From: an uncultured Eubacteriales bacterium
GTDB lineage: Bacteria; Bacillota; Clostridia; Oscillospirales; Acutalibacteraceae
Direction: 5' to 3'
DNA length: 15,547 nt
Assembly (NCBI GenBank): GCA_964515215.1
Contig: CAZESL010000054.1
Span: 1 to 15,547 of the forward strand
Shown in pieces: positions 7,455 through 15,526 of this stretch; the stretch's first letter is position 1; each line of letters starts with the position of its first letter. The notes below the pieces were generated by a model, which saw nothing but the letters and a program-made list of their open reading frames with translations, was not told where the DNA came from and did no database searches. The translations under genes and the position numbers were made by a program.

Positions 7455-8083
7455 ACCGCATCACCCACCCTTTCGTGAGCGGCCGCATTCCGTCCCGCAA
7501 TTTTGCGTTTGGAGATTTTGGACCGCACCACGGCACTGACCTGTTGGTCGGCCATATAGATGGAGATCTTTTTGATGTTTTCTTCGGTTTCGGGGATCTT
7601 CACCTTTTCGAACAGATTGACGCGTTGCGAAGTGGAAAGAAGTTCCGCTTCGAGCAGGCGCACCTGTTCGTCCAACACCTCGGCCATCAAATCCAGCGAC
7701 ATCGCCTTTTCCATGTGATCGGCGGCGATATCCACCCACAGGGGCGTTTCGTACAAGTCGTAATCCCCCCGTGAAAAATCCGCGCCCTCAAACGTGGGGA
7801 TATCCACACCCGCGATGTTGCCCGTTCCTTTACGCACGTTGCGGACGGACACCGCGTTTTCGGGGAACGCCGCCGTCTCGCCGAAAACGGCGATCCAGTC
7901 GCGAAACCCGTGTTCGAGTTGTTCCCGCTCGGTGCGTACGGCATTCGCCTGCGCTTCAATGGTGCGGATCTCGGCTTGCAGTTGTTGTTTTTTCAGTGTC
8001 AGAGTCGGCAAATATCTCCGGTACATCTTCAGTGCATCTTTTTGTACCTTTAACTCATTTTTCGTTAATTTGATTTTTGCCAA
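7451..8083 (-). CDS. atpD: V-type ATPase subunit D (central stalk)
   Basis: The 275-aa frame was trimmed to a TTG start at 8083, with a GGAGG RBS 9 nt upstream, immediately after the atpB stop. Translation: MAKIKLTKNELKVQKDALKMYRRYLPTLTLKKQQLQ..., about 210 aa and coiled-coil rich. The exact start (TTG versus the nearby ATT) is uncertain. Confidence 0.75.
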   Translation of the reverse strand: MAKIKLTKNELKVQKDALKMYRRYLPTLTLKKQQLQAEIRTIEAQANAVRTEREQLEHGFRDWIAVFGETAAFPENAVSVRNVRKGTGNIAGVDIPTFEGADFSRGDYDLYETPLWVDIAADHMEKAMSLDLMAEVLDEQVRLLEAELLSTSQRVNLFEKVKIPETEENIKKISIYMADQQVSAVVRSKISKRKIAGRNAAAHERVGDAV

Positions 8084-8097
8084 AATTACCGTCCTCC

Positions 8098-9399
8098 TTA
8101 CTTCACGGGCCAGAACTCGTCCGTAAGGTCGGACTTGATGCCGGTCTCTTCCTTCTGGAAACAGTCGGCAAGGATCTCCCAACCGAGATCCAACGCTTCT
8201 TCCAACGAAAGTTTCACCGACAGATCCATCAGTTTCCGTTCGAACAGATCGCCGTATTTGAGCAGCTTTTCGTCCCAACGGTTCATGGAGAAGCCCATAT
8301 TCTTTTTCTCAAGCGTTTCTTTGTAGGAGGAGTACATGCGGATCATCGCATCCATCAGTGCGCGGTGATCTTTGCGCGTTTTGTTGTTGACGTTTTGCTT
8401 CAAACGCGAAAGTGAACCGAACGGTTCAATGCGGCCGCCTTTCAGATAGTACTGTCCTTCGGTGATGTATCCCGTATTATCGGGCACGGGATGCGTCACG
8501 TCGTCACCGGGCATGGTGGTCACCGCCAATACCGTGACCGAACCCGAATCCGCAAAGTCCACCGCCTTTTCGTAACGGGCGGCAAGCTGAGAATACAAGT
8601 CACCGGGATACCCGCGGTTGGAAGGCACCTGTTCTTGCGTGATGGCGATCTCTTTCATGGCGTCGGCAAAGTTGGTCATATCGGTGAGCAACACCAACAC
8701 GTCTTTGTCTTGCAGGGCAAACTGTTCCGCCACTGCCAGCGCCATGTCGGGGATCATCATGCATTCCACCGTCGGGTCGGAAGCGGTATGCACGAACATG
8801 ACGGTTTTACTGAGTGCGCCGCCTTTGGACAATTCCTCCTTAAAGAAGAGGAAGTCGTCGTATTTAAGACCCATACCGCCGAGTACGATCACGTCCGCTT
8901 CGGCTTGCAGGGCGATACGCGCGAGCAACTGGTTGTACGGCTCACCCGAAATGGAGAAGATGGGCAGTTTTTGCGACACGACCAGCGTGTTGAACATATC
9001 GATCATCGGGATGTTCGTACGCAACATGCGGTTGGCAAGAATACGTTTGGTCGGGTTGACCGAAGGGCCGCCGATCGGCGTCATATTTTCGGTGAGAGCG
9101 GGGCCGTTGTCCCGCGGTTCACCCGAACCGTTGAAGATGCGCCCGAGCAGATCTTCGCTGAACGATACCCGCATCTCGTGCCCCAGAAAACGTACTTCGT
9201 CACCCGTGGAAACGCCCTGACCGCCCGCAAATACCTGCAACGATACGATGTCGCCTTCGATCTTGTTGACCTCGGCAAGCGACTTGCCGAAACGGGTCGT
9301 AATTTCCGCCAATTCGTTATACCGAATGCCATTTGCCCGCACGGTGATCACGTTACCGTTGATGGATTCAATGCGATTGTAGACCTTGCTCATGCTCAC
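8098..9399 (-). CDS. atpB: V-type ATPase subunit B (regulatory)
   Basis: 433 aa, with the characteristic A/B-family fold motifs. Its ATGA start overlaps atpA. Confidence 0.93.
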   Translation of the reverse strand: MSMSKVYNRIESINGNVITVRANGIRYNELAEITTRFGKSLAEVNKIEGDIVSLQVFAGGQGVSTGDEVRFLGHEMRVSFSEDLLGRIFNGSGEPRDNGPALTENMTPIGGPSVNPTKRILANRMLRTNIPMIDMFNTLVVSQKLPIFSISGEPYNQLLARIALQAEADVIVLGGMGLKYDDFLFFKEELSKGGALSKTVMFVHTASDPTVECMMIPDMALAVAEQFALQDKDVLVLLTDMTNFADAMKEIAITQEQVPSNRGYPGDLYSQLAARYEKAVDFADSGSVTVLAVTTMPGDDVTHPVPDNTGYITEGQYYLKGGRIEPFGSLSRLKQNVNNKTRKDHRALMDAMIRMYSSYKETLEKKNMGFSMNRWDEKLLKYGDLFERKLMDLSVKLSLEEALDLGWEILADCFQKEETGIKSDLTDEFWPVK

Positions 9400-11165
9400 T
9401 CACCACCCTTCAGCAACTGTGCGGCTTCACTGCCGAGTTTGCCCGATGCGCTGTCGTACAACGCATCGATCTCCCGTTCCGCCGCGCGGAACGCGTCGCT
9501 TTCAAATTCCGTGTAGTTCCAGTCGATGAACTTCTGACGTAAACGGTTGAAGAACCCGCGTGCTTCATCCTTGCTGGCGATCGCATACTCACTGCCGAGT
9601 ACGTAGATCAGTTTATCGGTCACATAGCGTTGACGGGCGGTGGTGCAGTTGGCCTCGATCGGGTCGAAGGAGTTTTGCTGCAGATACACCGCATCCAGCA
9701 TTTCCTCTTTCAGGAAGGTCATGTGGTCGGACAGGCTGATGCCGTCCTCGCCGATGACCTTCATCATGGATTCGATCTCGTCGCCGCGTTGCAGGATCTC
9801 TTTGCAAAAACGGGATTTTTCGGGATCGATGACGGTACGGTATTTCGACCACGAGATGAGCGGGTCGATCGCGGGGTATTTACGTGCATCCGACCGTTCA
9901 CGCGAAAGACCGTGGAACGCACCGACCACCTTCAACGTGGCTTGCGTCACCGGTTCTTCAAAGTTACCGCCCGCAGGGGATACGGTGCCGCCGATGGTGA
10001 CCGAACCGATCGAGCCGTCCGCCAATCGCACGCGACCCGCACGCTCGTAAAATGCGGCGATATACGACTCCAGATACGCGGGGAACGCTTCTTCGCCCGG
10101 TATCTCTTCCAAACGCCCCGACATTTCACGCAGCGCCTGCGCCCAGCGGGAGGTGGAGTCGGCCAGCAGCAGGACGTTCAAGCCCATTTGACGGTAATAT
10201 TCCGCCAGCGTCACCGAGGTGTACACCGAGGCTTCGCGCGCCGCCACCGGCATGGAGGAGGTGTTACAGATGATGATGGTGCGCTCCATCAAGGAGCGGC
10301 CGGTGCGCGGATCCACCAATTCGGGGAATTCGGTGATGGTCTCCACCACTTCACCCGCACGCTCACCGCAGGCGGCAATGATCACGATATCCACGTCGGC
10401 GTATTTCGACGTGGTGTGCTGCAACACCGTCTTGCCCGCACCGAACGGGCCGGGAGTGCAGTAGGTACCGCCCTTGGCAACGGGGAAGAAGGAGTCCATC
10501 AAGCGCACCTTAGTCTCCATCGTCTCCATCGGTGCCAACCGTTCAGCATAGCATTTGATGGCACGCTTAACAGGCCATTTGAAGGACATGGAAACCGAGA
10601 TCTCCCGTCCGCGTTCGTCCGCAATGACGGCTACGGGTTCTTCCACCGTGTACCGGCCTTTTTCGACAACGGACTTTAAGGTGTAGTTCCCGAGCAGATA
10701 GAACGGCACGAAGATCTTATGGGTAAACGCCCCTTCGGGAACGGTGCCGATCGTATCACCCGCACGCAGGGTGTCGCCTGCTTGTGCGGTCGGTGTGAAC
10801 TCCCATTTCTTTTCACGGTCCAGACCGTCGGCATAGATGCCGCGCTCCAAGAACCAGCCTGCTTGCTCCGCCAATATCGGCAACGGATTTTGTAAGCCGT
10901 CATAGATCTGACCGAGCAGACCGGGCCCCAAAGTGGCGGACAGCATATCGCCCGTGAACTCCACTTCGTCGCCGCATTGAATGCCGCCCGTCATTTCATA
11001 AACCTGGATCTGCGCCACGTTGCCGCGGATACGGATGACTTCGCTTTTCAGTCGGGTACCGTCCACGTGAACGAAGCAGATCTCGTTCATGGAAACGGTG
11101 CCGTGGAATTCAACCGACACCAAGTTGCCGTTGACGCTGACGACCTTTCCTTTATTTTCGGTCAT
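9396..11165 (-). CDS. atpA: V-type ATPase subunit A (catalytic)
   Basis: 589 aa. Walker A 'GPFGAGKTV' lies in the '[40 protein letters not shown]' context. Confidence 0.95.
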   Translation of the reverse strand: MTENKGKVVSVNGNLVSVEFHGTVSMNEICFVHVDGTRLKSEVIRIRGNVAQIQVYEMTGGIQCGDEVEFTGDMLSATLGPGLLGQIYDGLQNPLPILAEQAGWFLERGIYADGLDREKKWEFTPTAQAGDTLRAGDTIGTVPEGAFTHKIFVPFYLLGNYTLKSVVEKGRYTVEEPVAVIADERGREISVSMSFKWPVKRAIKCYAERLAPMETMETKVRLMDSFFPVAKGGTYCTPGPFGAGKTVLQHTTSKYADVDIVIIAACGERAGEVVETITEFPELVDPRTGRSLMERTIIICNTSSMPVAAREASVYTSVTLAEYYRQMGLNVLLLADSTSRWAQALREMSGRLEEIPGEEAFPAYLESYIAAFYERAGRVRLADGSIGSVTIGGTVSPAGGNFEEPVTQATLKVVGAFHGLSRERSDARKYPAIDPLISWSKYRTVIDPEKSRFCKEILQRGDEIESMMKVIGEDGISLSDHMTFLKEEMLDAVYLQQNSFDPIEANCTTARQRYVTDKLIYVLGSEYAIASKDEARGFFNRLRQKFIDWNYTEFESDAFRAAEREIDALYDSASGKLGSEAAQLLKGGE

Positions 11166-11719
11166 TTCACAACCTCCAACCGATCTCCACGCATAATGGA
11201 GTCGTAAATATTTTTGTATGCGGTCACACCGCGATCGGTATCAAACTGACGCATACGTAAAAGCAATTTCAATTTCAAAAGATAATAGAACACGAAGTCT
11301 TCCGCAAACGTGTCCATCGGCCGCAGACTTTCCAAAAACGCCAACCGATAACGGAACAGATGCCGCTCCGCCTCTAAGGGGTTTTCCGTATCCACTGCCG
11401 TGCGTACGGCCTGCAACAGCGCAGGCGGCACCGAGGGGAGATCTTCCTCAAAGGGCTTTTGCATCTTTTCTGCCCGTGTTTTGGCCAACGCGAGCCGCAA
11501 CAGCCGTTCTCCCTCGTTCCACACGGACACCAACGCCGAGGAGGACTTTTGGTTTTCTTTTGAAGGGAGCAGCGTCACACGGCGCAACTCATTTTGCACC
11601 TTCTTACCCAAAAACCGATCGCACAGTTCCAAAAACCGTTCTTCGGTAATGGGAAGCGGCGTGCTCTCCGAAACGCTGTCGAGCGACGGCAGTTGGGATA
11701 TCAAATAGTATTCGGCCAT
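11162..11719 (-). CDS. V-ATPase operon-associated protein (DUF2764-like; subunit C analogue)
   Basis: 185-aa ORF wedged between E and A with 4-nt and 3-nt junctions. Its position matches the uncharacterised gene in Bacteroidetes/Treponema-type V-ATPase operons. The DUF2764 call rests on recalled synteny. Confidence 0.55.
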   Translation of the reverse strand: MAEYYLISQLPSLDSVSESTPLPITEERFLELCDRFLGKKVQNELRRVTLLPSKENQKSSSALVSVWNEGERLLRLALAKTRAEKMQKPFEEDLPSVPPALLQAVRTAVDTENPLEAERHLFRYRLAFLESLRPMDTFAEDFVFYYLLKLKLLLRMRQFDTDRGVTAYKNIYDSIMRGDRLEVVK

Positions 11720-11722
11720 AGT

Positions 11723-12331
11723 TTATTCCGCCTCTTTCAGAAGTGCCGTGACTCTGGGGGAGAGGTAGTTCGCAAGCATGTCACAGACCGCATCCGCCGA
11801 GTAATCGTAATAGGCACCGCCGTCTTTGGCGGCAATACGGAACCCGCCGTCAAAATTGTTGTTGGCCTTCAGCGTAACACCGCTCAGCGCTTTGGCTTTA
11901 AACTGTGCCAGCAGGGTCTCCTCCAACGCTTTCCGATCGGCTTCGTTCAGGATCACTTCCACCTCGTCGGCATCGGGTCGGCTCACCCAAGTTTCCACCG
12001 CCGTCACGATGATCTTGGCAAAGGCGTCCGATGAATACACCGCCGCCACCTGTTCGCCCACGATCGCGCGCAACTCGCGCGTGACGCTTTCGCGGAACGA
12101 GATGAGCAGGTTGCGCCCCGCCTGACGGATCGCCTCCTCCGAAGAGGTCACCATACGCTCGTTTTCACGCTTGGCGCCAAGCAGCAGTTTGTCGGCTTCC
12201 GCCCGAGCGGCGGCAACGATCTCCGCCGCTTCCGCTTTCGCGGCGTTCCGTATCGCTTCGGCTTCGGCTTCGGCCGCTTCGACCCCTTCCCGTTTGATCT
12301 GTTCGATCAATTCTTGCAGTTGTATTTCCAT
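11723..12331 (-). CDS. atpE: V-type ATPase subunit E (peripheral stalk)
   Basis: The start was set at the internal ATG (MEIQLQELIEQIKREGVEAAEAEAEAIRNAAKAEAAEIV...) because it has an AAGGAGAG RBS 7 nt upstream. The ORF's first ATG, at 12361, has no RBS. Confidence 0.85.
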   Translation of the reverse strand: MEIQLQELIEQIKREGVEAAEAEAEAIRNAAKAEAAEIVAAARAEADKLLLGAKRENERMVTSSEEAIRQAGRNLLISFRESVTRELRAIVGEQVAAVYSSDAFAKIIVTAVETWVSRPDADEVEVILNEADRKALEETLLAQFKAKALSGVTLKANNNFDGGFRIAAKDGGAYYDYSADAVCDMLANYLSPRVTALLKEAE

Positions 12332-12363
12332 AAGGCACTCTCCTTTTGAAATAATACGCACGT

Positions 12364-12378
12364 TTAGGTTAAACCTAA
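12364..12378. repeat. Inverted repeat TTAGGTT-a-AACCTAA in the atpE 5'UTR, adjacent to the RBS
   Basis: Perfect 7-bp arms with a 1-nt spacer. It could form a hairpin in the mRNA or serve as an operator. Confidence 0.3.
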
Positions 12379-12391
12379 CCCATTAAATTCC

Positions 12392-12420
12392 ATTATACAC
12401 ATTTTTTTCGCCGTATTCAA
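12392..12420 (-). promoter_or_regulatory. Putative sigma70 promoter of the V-ATPase operon (TTGAAT - 17 nt - TATAAT on the minus strand)
   Basis: The reverse complement of 12415-12420 is TTGAAT, and of 12392-12397 is TATAAT. The predicted TSS is ~12385, giving a ~54-nt 5'UTR. Confidence 0.4.
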
Positions 12421-12466
12421 TAGTTTTGCAGTGAAATTTTTGAAAATTCACAATTACAAAGGTTAC

Positions 12467-12480
12467 AACGTTGCAACGTT
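12467..12480. promoter_or_regulatory. Perfect 14-bp palindrome AACGTTGCAACGTT between the divergent promoters; candidate regulator binding site
   Basis: Exact dyad symmetry. It lies ~40 bp upstream of the T-box promoter -35 and ~50 bp upstream of the atp promoter -35. The neighbouring GTGAA-N11-TTCAC inverted repeat (12431-12451) is a second candidate site. Confidence 0.4.
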
Positions 12481-12490
12481 ACGCACAATC

Positions 12491-12539
12491 GAAAAAATTT
12501 GAAAAAAGTGTTGACAAGCGCAAAAAGGCGTGCTATAAT
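12491..12539 (+). promoter_or_regulatory. Near-consensus sigma70 promoter with an UP-like A-tract (TTGACA - 17 nt - TGcTATAAT)
   Basis: A-rich 12491-12510 (GAAAAAATTTGAAAAAAG). -35 TTGACA (12511-12516), 17-nt spacer, TG extended -10, TATAAT (12534-12539). Confidence 0.75.
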
Positions 12540-12545
12540 GCGTCA

Positions 12546-12816
12546 CATATTGAAAAAGCTGTGACGAAGACGGCAGAAACAGGATGTTTTCAGAGAGTCG
12601 GCGGGTGGTGCGAGCCGACAGCGGAGCGTTTCAATGCCCATCCCTTCCGAGCTGATCGTCCCGAAATCGTTTCGTGAGTAGGGCGTTCCGTGTATGCTAC
12701 GTTAGTGCAAAGGGCTTGTTGGAGCCTTAAAAGCGGTGTCGAAAGACGCAATTTGAGTGGTACCGCGGGTGAAGGAATTTACTCGTCTCAAAGGAAACTT
12801 TGAGACGGGTTTTTTT
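12546..12816 (+). promoter_or_regulatory. T-box riboswitch leader (tRNA-sensing transcription attenuator)
   Basis: Stem I distal elements: AG bay AGAGA (12592-12596), then distal helix GTCGGC/GCCGAC with loop GGGTGGTGCGA (the GGUGNRA motif). F-box-like GCTACGTTAGTGC (12696-12708). T-box sequence AATTTGAGTGGTACCGCGGG (12750-12769), matching 17/19 of the consensus AAUUAGGGUGGNACCGCGG. The antiterminator is TTTGAG[TGGTACC]GCGGGT...ACTCGTCTCAAA; its 3' strand is the 5' strand of the terminator. The UGGU bulge implies a tRNA with discriminator A. Confidence 0.8.
12784..12816 (+). terminator. T-box intrinsic terminator (attenuator)
   Basis: CGTCTCAAAG-gaaa-CTTTGAGACG perfect 10-bp stem, then GG and 7 T residues. 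It sits ~30 nt upstream of the GGAAGGAG RBS/ATG at 12849. Confidence 0.8.
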
Positions 12817-12848
12817 ATTTGTAATCAACTTGGAAGGAGAAAACGACA

Positions 12849-15152
12849 ATGGATTACAGTTTGAAAGAAGTGGCAGGGAGAATCAAAGATCTGCGCGAAG
12901 CCAAGGGATACACGCAGGAGGAACTGGCAAGGCTCACGGGCGTGTCGATCGAAGATTACAAGATTTTGGAGAACGGCGAGACCGACTTCAGTTTCACTTT
13001 CATTTACAAATGCGCGAAGGCGTGTGACGTGGAAGTTGTGGACCTGCTTGAAGGAACCAGCACGACCCTTTCTTCGTTTGCGATCACGAGAAAGGGAGAA
13101 GGCCTGAAGATCTTGAAGCAGCACGGGGTGGAGTACAATAACTTAGCTCCGAAATTCAAAGACAAACTGGCCGAGCCGTTCTTGGTGAAATTCCCCTTTA
13201 TTCCCGAGGAACAGAACGCACCCATGAAACTCAATTCCCACAACGGTCAGGAATTTGACGTGGTGGTAAAGGGTTCTCTGAAAGTGCAGGTCGGCAGTCA
13301 CGTGGACGTTCTTCACGAGGGCGACTCGATCTTCTATAACAGTTTGATCCCGCACGGGATGATCGCGGTCAGCGAAGGCGGATGTGAGTTCCACGCTGTG
13401 GTGCTGAATCCGCAAAACGGTCTGGTGAGCGAGGAGTACCCGGAAGTGCCGTATACCGCTCCCAAAGCAGTGGAAAACGAAGAAAAACCCGTCGGTGTGG
13501 CAGATAACTTCGTGGAATCCTTCTACGATGAAAACGGCGTCTTCAACGGCATCAAGTTCAAAAATGAAGACTCCTTCAACTTTGCGTTTGACTGTGTGGA
13601 CGCCATTGCGCAAAAGACGCCCGACAAACTGGCGATGCTGTGGGTGGCGAACGACAAGACCGACCGCCGTTTCACCTTCAGCGATATGAAGAAATATTCG
13701 GCGAAGACCGCGAACTATTTCGAATCGCTCGGTATCAAGAAGGGCGACACCGTGATGTTGGTGCTCAAACGCCACTACCAGTTCTGGTTCTGTATGTTGG
13801 CGCTTCACAAGATCGGTGCGATCGCCATCCCCGCGACCAACCAGTTGGTGGAGCACGATTTCACCTACCGCTACAAAGCGGCAAAAGTAAAGGCGATCGT
13901 CTGCACGGCGGACGGCGACGTGTCGGGTGAGGCGGAAAAAGCCGCTGCCGAATTCCCCGATATGCTGAAAGTTCTGGTCGGCGGCAAGAAGGACGGTTGG
14001 AACGATTTCGACGTGGAGATGGAGCGTTTCAGCACCCATTACTTCCGCACCGAGCAGACCCCCTGCGGCAACGATCCGATGCTGATGCTCTTCACCTCAG
14101 GTACGACGGGCTATCCCCGTATCGCGACCCACTCGTACAAGTACGCGCTCGGCCATTATCCCACCGCGCGGCATTGGCATAACGTCAATCCCGACGGCTT
14201 GCACTTTACCATCTCGGATACGGGTTGGGGCAAGGCGCTGTGGGGCAAACTCTACGGTCAGTGGCTGTGCGAAGCGGGTGTGTTCACCTACGATTTCGAT
14301 CGCTTCCATTCGGAAGACATCCTGCCGATGTTCGCGAAATATCACATCACCACCTTCTGTGCACCGCCGACAATGTACCGCTTCTTCATCAAAGAGGATC
14401 TGTCGAAGTACGATCTGTCTTCCATTGAATACGCCACCACCGCGGGCGAGGCACTGAACCCCGAAGTGTTTAATCAGTTTAAGAAGGCCACGGGGCTTAC
14501 TATTATGGAAGGCTTCGGTCAGACCGAAACCACCTTGTCTATCGCCAACTTCGTGGGGTCCACTCCGCGCATCGGTTCGATGGGTAAGGCCAGTCCGCTG
14601 TACGACGTGGTGGTGCTGGATCCCGACGGGAACGAGTGCAAGACGGGCGATACGGGCGAGATCTGTATCCGCGTGAAAGACGGGGAAGCCCCCTGCGGCC
14701 TCTTCATCGGGTACTATTTGAACGAAGACAAGACGAACGAGGTCTGGCACGACGGCTTCTATCACACCGGTGACCAGGCGACCATGGACGAAGACGGCTA
14801 TCTCTGGTACGTCGGCCGTATCGACGACGTGATCAAGTCGTCGGGTTACCGCATCGGGCCGTTCGAGATCGAAAGCGTCATCATGGAACTGCCGTACGTG
14901 CTGGAATGTGCCATCACGCCCGTGCCCGACGAGGTGCGCGGTCAGATCGTAAAAGCCACCATCGTGCTGGTGAAAGGAACCGAGGGCAGTGACGCTCTGA
15001 AAAAAGAGATCCAGGAATACGTGAAGACCCACACCGCTCCTTACAAATATCCCCGTATCGTGGAGTTCGTGAGCGAGTTGCCGAAGACCATCAGCGGCAA
15101 AGTGCGCCGTGTGGAGATCCGCAAAAACGACATGGAAAAGATGAACAAGTAA
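12849..15152 (+). CDS. Fusion protein: N-terminal HTH (XRE family) plus cupin domain, then a full-length AMP-forming acyl-CoA synthetase/adenylating enzyme
   Basis: 767-aa ORF with a GGAAGGAG RBS. XRE HTH: 'GYTQEELARLTGVSIEDYKILENGE'. Cupin: 'VVVKGSLKVQVGSHVDVLHEGDSIFYNSLIPHGM'. AMP-binding core motifs: 'FTSGTTGYPR' (A3), 'GFGQTETT' (A5), 'YHTGDQA' (A7), 'GRIDDVIKSSGYRIGPFEIE' (A8), 'PKTISGKVRR' (A10). The 'ISDTGWGKALWG' motif resembles the medium-chain acyl-CoA synthetase subfamily. Confidence 0.85.
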   Translation: MDYSLKEVAGRIKDLREAKGYTQEELARLTGVSIEDYKILENGETDFSFTFIYKCAKACDVEVVDLLEGTSTTLSSFAITRKGEGLKILKQHGVEYNNLAPKFKDKLAEPFLVKFPFIPEEQNAPMKLNSHNGQEFDVVVKGSLKVQVGSHVDVLHEGDSIFYNSLIPHGMIAVSEGGCEFHAVVLNPQNGLVSEEYPEVPYTAPKAVENEEKPVGVADNFVESFYDENGVFNGIKFKNEDSFNFAFDCVDAIAQKTPDKLAMLWVANDKTDRRFTFSDMKKYSAKTANYFESLGIKKGDTVMLVLKRHYQFWFCMLALHKIGAIAIPATNQLVEHDFTYRYKAAKVKAIVCTADGDVSGEAEKAAAEFPDMLKVLVGGKKDGWNDFDVEMERFSTHYFRTEQTPCGNDPMLMLFTSGTTGYPRIATHSYKYALGHYPTARHWHNVNPDGLHFTISDTGWGKALWGKLYGQWLCEAGVFTYDFDRFHSEDILPMFAKYHITTFCAPPTMYRFFIKEDLSKYDLSSIEYATTAGEALNPEVFNQFKKATGLTIMEGFGQTETTLSIANFVGSTPRIGSMGKASPLYDVVVLDPDGNECKTGDTGEICIRVKDGEAPCGLFIGYYLNEDKTNEVWHDGFYHTGDQATMDEDGYLWYVGRIDDVIKSSGYRIGPFEIESVIMELPYVLECAITPVPDEVRGQIVKATIVLVKGTEGSDALKKEIQEYVKTHTAPYKYPRIVEFVSELPKTISGKVRRVEIRKNDMEKMNK

Positions 15153-15161
15153 ACGAAAAGC

Positions 15162-15188
15162 GCGACGGAAATCTCCGTCGCGTTTTTA
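15162..15188 (+). terminator. Rho-independent terminator after the fusion gene
   Basis: CGCGACGGA-aatc-TCCGTCGCG 9-bp stem followed by TTTTT. Confidence 0.75.
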
Positions 15189-15217
15189 TGTGTATGCAAT
15201 TGGATAAGAACGTGTAG

Positions 15218-15243
15218 GGCGGGGGCTTGCTCCCGCCGTTTTT
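15218..15243 (+). terminator. Second tandem terminator
   Basis: GGCGGGGG-cttg-CTCCCGCC 8-bp stem (one G.U) followed by G TTTTT. Confidence 0.55.
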
Positions 15244-15400
15244 GCGACCGATCTGCGGTGAGCGTTGTAGGGACAGGCGTCCTCGACTGTCCGTTATGCG
15301 ACCGCGAGTTTTGTATGTGGTTGCGCACAAAGCCTCCCTTGTCTAAAGGAAGGTGGATTTTTTGCGGCGCAAGCCGCGAAAAAGACGGAGGGATTCATAA

Positions 15401-15526
15401 ATGCCCCTTCCGCATAACACAAATGGTGCGGTCGGTTGTGGAGAATGTCCGTTTGCGGTGCCCGAAACAGCATTATCTCGCTATCGCTCGTGCTGTTTCG
15501 ACCGCGGCACAGGATATCGCCCGTAA
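15401..15526 (+). CDS. Hypothetical 41-aa Cys-rich small protein (MPLPHNTNGAVGCGECPFAVPETALSRYRSCCFDRGTGYRP)
   Basis: ATG with a GGAGGG RBS 8 nt upstream. CxxC and CC motifs. Too short for the supplied ORF track. A long T6-GCGGC-gcaa-GCCGC-A5 hairpin (15358-15383) precedes the RBS. Purely sequence-based and speculative. Confidence 0.2.
   Translation: MPLPHNTNGAVGCGECPFAVPETALSRYRSCCFDRGTGYRP

Noticed and set aside
8084-8278. Upstream 65 codons of the 275-aa atpD ORF, and upstream 10 codons of the 212-aa atpE ORF (12332..12361)
   Set aside because: The atpD extension overlaps the atpB coding end in another frame, and a GGAGG RBS plus TTG start sits right after the atpB stop. The atpE extension has no RBS, while the internal ATG has AAGGAGAG.
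6501-11207. Long ORFs antisense or out-of-frame within the V-ATPase genes (325 aa 6501..7478, 341 aa 8491..9516, 349 aa 9630..10679, 234 aa 6835..7539, and others)
   Set aside because: The sense-strand genes carry unmistakable ATPase motifs (Walker A, proteolipid helices). The alternative-frame products are low-complexity, Arg/His/Gly-rich and lack RBSs. This is a typical artefact of ~58% GC coding DNA.
13143-15032. 298-aa and 311-aa minus-strand ORFs inside the fusion gene
   Set aside because: The plus-strand frame contains the complete ordered set of adenylation-domain core motifs (A3-A10). The antisense ORFs have no motifs or RBS.
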